From contig NC_047072.1 in NCBI RefSeq assembly GCF_902459465.1, positions 16,554,001-16,618,000 on the forward strand: a stretch of 64,000 bases of DNA. The letters run 5' to 3'. This stretch comes from Asterias rubens. Taxonomy: Eukaryota. The notes beneath the pieces are model-generated. The model did not search any database and was not told the origin of the DNA. It was given only the letters and a program-made list of their open reading frames with translations. Within the stretch, counting starts at the first letter, position 1, and every line of letters starts with the position of its first letter. This document shows, in pieces, positions 60,995 through 64,000 of this stretch. A program made the position numbers and the translations under genes.

Positions 60995-61230
60995 TAGTCT
61001 TGGCCCAAGACTATGATGCTTGATTCTGGATAGTGTACTACGCACGGTTGAATCGCCAAAGCGCGCCCGCCACGATATGATTTAGTTAATTGGACGGCTT
61101 GAAATCTAGACTACACTGGCTATTTCAAGCCGTCCAATTAACTAAATAATATCGTGGCGGGCGCGCTTTGGCGATTCCCGCGCGTAGTACACTATCCAGA
61201 ATCAAGCACCATAGTCTTTGGCCAAGACTA
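60995..61230. mobile_element. Fold-back non-autonomous DNA element, TAG...CTA termini, 9-bp TSD with one mismatch
   Basis: Arms of about 110 bp; ctgaacaca at 60986-60994 and ctgagcaca at 61231-61239. Confidence 0.85.
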
Positions 61231-61796
61231 CTGAGCACACAGCTCTGTGTTGCAGTCTCCCTGTAGAAAATACTTTGTTCTGTGCACTTACAGAAAATCC
61301 TGTCCACAACGGGGACCTCTTTAGTCCTCGGTTCAACACTTTGAAAGTTCAGTGAAAACACAATCAGCAAACATCCGACACAAATCAGCGACTACTTAAT
61401 TACAACGGTTATAGAAAACAAGATCTTTGAGAAATTATATCTACTACTTTATACAGTCTCTAAAATCTCCTGATGACGACCATAACAAACCGAAACGTCG
61501 AGAATCTTAAACAGATCACTCTCCTCAGAGCCCACAAAAGAACCTGTTTACATGGTGGACCCATAATAGTACTCCACGGAAAGTTTGCTGTTTAGAAACA
61601 ATCTAACTGAAGATGAACAGAGTATAGTGTTCGAAACGTCGAGACCAAACCGGCTCTTTTCAGAGCCAACACTCCCGAAAGAGATTTACTCCTGGTTGTA
61701 CCCGCAAGTTCACCATTGATTTTTAGTTTCTTCCAAAGCTAACAAGGGACCCCAATATTACGTGTACTTTAAATTGTTCTAAATAATTTCAAACAG

Positions 61797-62427
61797 GTTG
61801 CCAGTGCTCGACAGACCCTATTGAGTAACTACCACAAAGCTCTTAACGCCATCCGAGGTGAGAAATCACAAAGCATACAAACCGCCAAACTATGCTTCGA
61901 AAGGATACACGAAATCCAGAACGGGTAAGACTTGATAAATTGAATGTAAAGATGAAAATAACGATGACCCGCTGGCCTTACCGAATGTTACTTTTGGCTC
62001 TCTGATTTAGCTGCACCAAACAAACCGAATATATTGGACAACAGAGACGTGTAGTTGCCAAACAGCACTCAATGCTGTACCAGTCAACAGTATGTCATTT
62101 TCAGTTTACATGTATATTTAATTTATTTTATTTGCAGGCATTGTCAAAGACTGAACGCAAGAAATCCGAAACGGACAAAGCCTTACATTTCTACCGATTG
62201 TAAAAAACGTATTTTACTTATGCTATCTATGTTTGAATTAATTGTTTGTCAACAACTGTTTTCATTACATTTTATTATTATCAATGATATGTAATTTCAG
62301 TTTTATTAATTTTTTTTACAGGCATTGTCAAAGACTTAGCGACAAGAAATCCGAGCTTTACCGAATACAACAGAAGAAGAAGATGATGATTGTTTCGAGC
62401 TCGTCTATGTTATCGACCAGGGTCTGA
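61797..62427 (+). CDS. Probable extra C-terminal exons of the class C GPCR (61797-61924, 62322-62427); long isoform 977 aa
   Basis: An in-frame phase-0 donor GAG|GTAATT at 60640/60641 matches the acceptor AAACAG|61797. This exon is open (VASARQTLLSNYHKALNAIRG...) and ends CGG|GTAAGA in phase 2. The acceptor TTTTACAG|62322 continues in frame to ...MLSTRV-stop, with AATAAA at 62491. Confidence 0.6.
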
Positions 62428-62490
62428 ACACATCTTCACTAAGCACTGAGGGCGCCCTTCCTCAATCACACATAAGCAACACTTTCACTG

Positions 62491-62496
62491 AATAAA
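62491..62496 (+). promoter_or_regulatory. Putative polyadenylation signal of the long GPCR isoform
   Basis: AATAAA 64 nt after the TGA ending at 62427. Confidence 0.4.
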
Positions 62497-62654
62497 GCCC
62501 GGTGTGGCATGAGATTCTGTTCCACGGAAATTTGGTTTTGGATAAAGAGTATTCCCACCTTGTCAAGTATTCAGTTTTCATTTCTTGTTTTAATTCTATG
62601 TCTTCGAACACTTAAGGTTGTTTTCTATACGGACACACTCAATATTATACTTAA

Positions 62655-63013
62655 AGGCATTGGGCACCTTCGGTAAATGTCAAAGACCAGTAATCTCACT
62701 TGGTGTATCCAAACATCAAATAACAAGCCTGTGAAAAATTTGGCTCATTGGGTCATCGAAGTTGCAAGAAAATAATGCCAGAAAAACACCCTTGTTGCAC
62801 AAATTGTGTGCTTTCAGATGCATAATAAAAAGCCTGCAGCTGAAGTTTTTTAATATTTGAGTGAGAAGTTACTGTTTTCTCTCAAAAACTATGCTCTTCA
62901 TGAAGGAGTCCTTTGTCACAATGTTTTGTACTACCGACAGCTCTCTTTTGCACTTTACCGAGTAAGGTTTTATGATAACAATTATTTTGAGTAACTAATA
63001 GTGTCCAGTGCCT
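62655..63013 (+). mobile_element. Kolobok-type MITE, family B
   Basis: TTAA flanks, both TIRs present. Confidence 0.82.
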
Positions 63014-63337
63014 TTAAAGCGTTATTGCTTTTATTACCACGCCCTCACTCGGCACAAAGTAGAATAGACTTGATATCAGTCTTCTAAACACGGAGAACGA
63101 GCCCACCAGGTATTTACAGTGTACAATTTGTTTTTCTACACATAAACATACATTGGACTCTTAATAGATGGTGCACCAAAATAGATCAGGTATAAAACAA
63201 AATTAAAGATAGTTTGAGAAATTTGAGAAACAGTCTACCAACAAATGATTGATGAAAACCTTCTCTTTTGCCGAAAGTTGTTTTGTAACTGTGTGACTGT
63301 GCGAGTCTTTGTTTTCTACATGTTGATGATGGTATTG

Positions 63338-63569
63338 AGATTCGCTCGTCCCCAGCGCCTTGCTTTAACCAAAGGCGCTGGGATGGGCAAACGTATCATG
63401 CACTGTCATTGGTTTAATAATGCGCAGTCCCATCATGCATCACACTCACACTGCACCATTATTTCTATGAGCTGTACGCATGACGTACTTTCTGAACAAG
63501 AATCTGTGCAAGCGATTAGCCCATCCCAGCGGTCCTGGATAGACTGGCCGCTGGGGCCGAGCGAATTAT
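63338..63569. mobile_element. Fold-back MITE-like element
   Basis: attcgctcgtccccagcg pairs with cgctggggccgagcgaat; internal hairpins; direct repeat tattgag on both sides. Confidence 0.6.
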
Positions 63570-64000
63570 TGAGAGTGAAATAAAGCAAAGGGGATGTTTT
63601 TTAATGGATGAGTTTAGGTGGAATGGGTGTGAGTAGAATGTGTGTTCCCCTTTTGTATGGTACCTTATGAAGACCAATGACAAAGCAAAAAAGGGAAAAA
63701 GGGACCCATAAGGGATTTCTAAAGACTGGGTTGCTCCAAAAGAAAATTCGTGCACAAAGTCTATGCGAGTGTTAAATACAGAGACAAAGGAAAGAACAAA
63801 GAATGATCAATAAGATTGAATTTTTGAGAACGAATGAAGTGGAATGTGTGTGGATGAGGATATCCTTACAAATAAAATAGATTTGTGTTCATCTAAAAAA
63901 TGTACTTAACAATGTGAAATTTTACATTGTTATCTCCATGTGACGAAAGTGATGAATAACAATAATTATTGAGTTTGATATGAATGAAAAAGGTGAAGCA

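Larger units (their letters stand above)
37963..61715 (+). ncRNA. Dispersed repeat family J with a degenerate minimal type I hammerhead ribozyme motif: 37963-38060, 40782-40900, 46518-46600, 61466-61560, 61604-61715
   Basis: Consensus TCTC-CTGA(A/T)GA-N-GAACAG-agtata-CTGTTC-GAAA-CG-TC-GAGA followed by a second hairpin ggctc-ttttca-gagcc. Each individual copy carries at least one disrupting change. Confidence 0.6.

Overview
This is AT-rich, intron-containing animal genomic DNA. A marine invertebrate such as an echinoderm is my guess from the gene and repeat content, but it cannot be shown from this window. All exon models below were read by hand from splice signals and reading-frame phase, with no database search. 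Genes: (1) the 3' end of an unidentified + strand ORF with an IQ-like motif (3-686). (2) A 20-exon M1-family aminopeptidase N-like gene (+, 1616-19982, 957 aa) with intact zinc ligands but a variant NAMEN motif. (3) A complete 5-exon antisense gene (-, 11040-7718, 376 aa) nested in intron 6 of the aminopeptidase, not visible as a single ORF in the supplied track, with weak stathmin-domain (STMND1)-like similarity. (4) A class C GPCR (+, from 41747) of the CaSR/amino-acid-sensing type, with a probable alternatively spliced C-terminal tail ending in a PDZ-binding motif at 62427. Repeats: about 24 TTAA-flanked Kolobok-type MITEs, TAG...CTA hairpin elements with 9-bp target duplications, SINE and LINE remnants, a perfect 12x41-bp array derived from a SINE tail, and five sense-strand copies of a short repeat whose consensus folds as a minimal type I hammerhead ribozyme. 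Four local tandem duplications straddle splice junctions and create decoy donor or acceptor sites.
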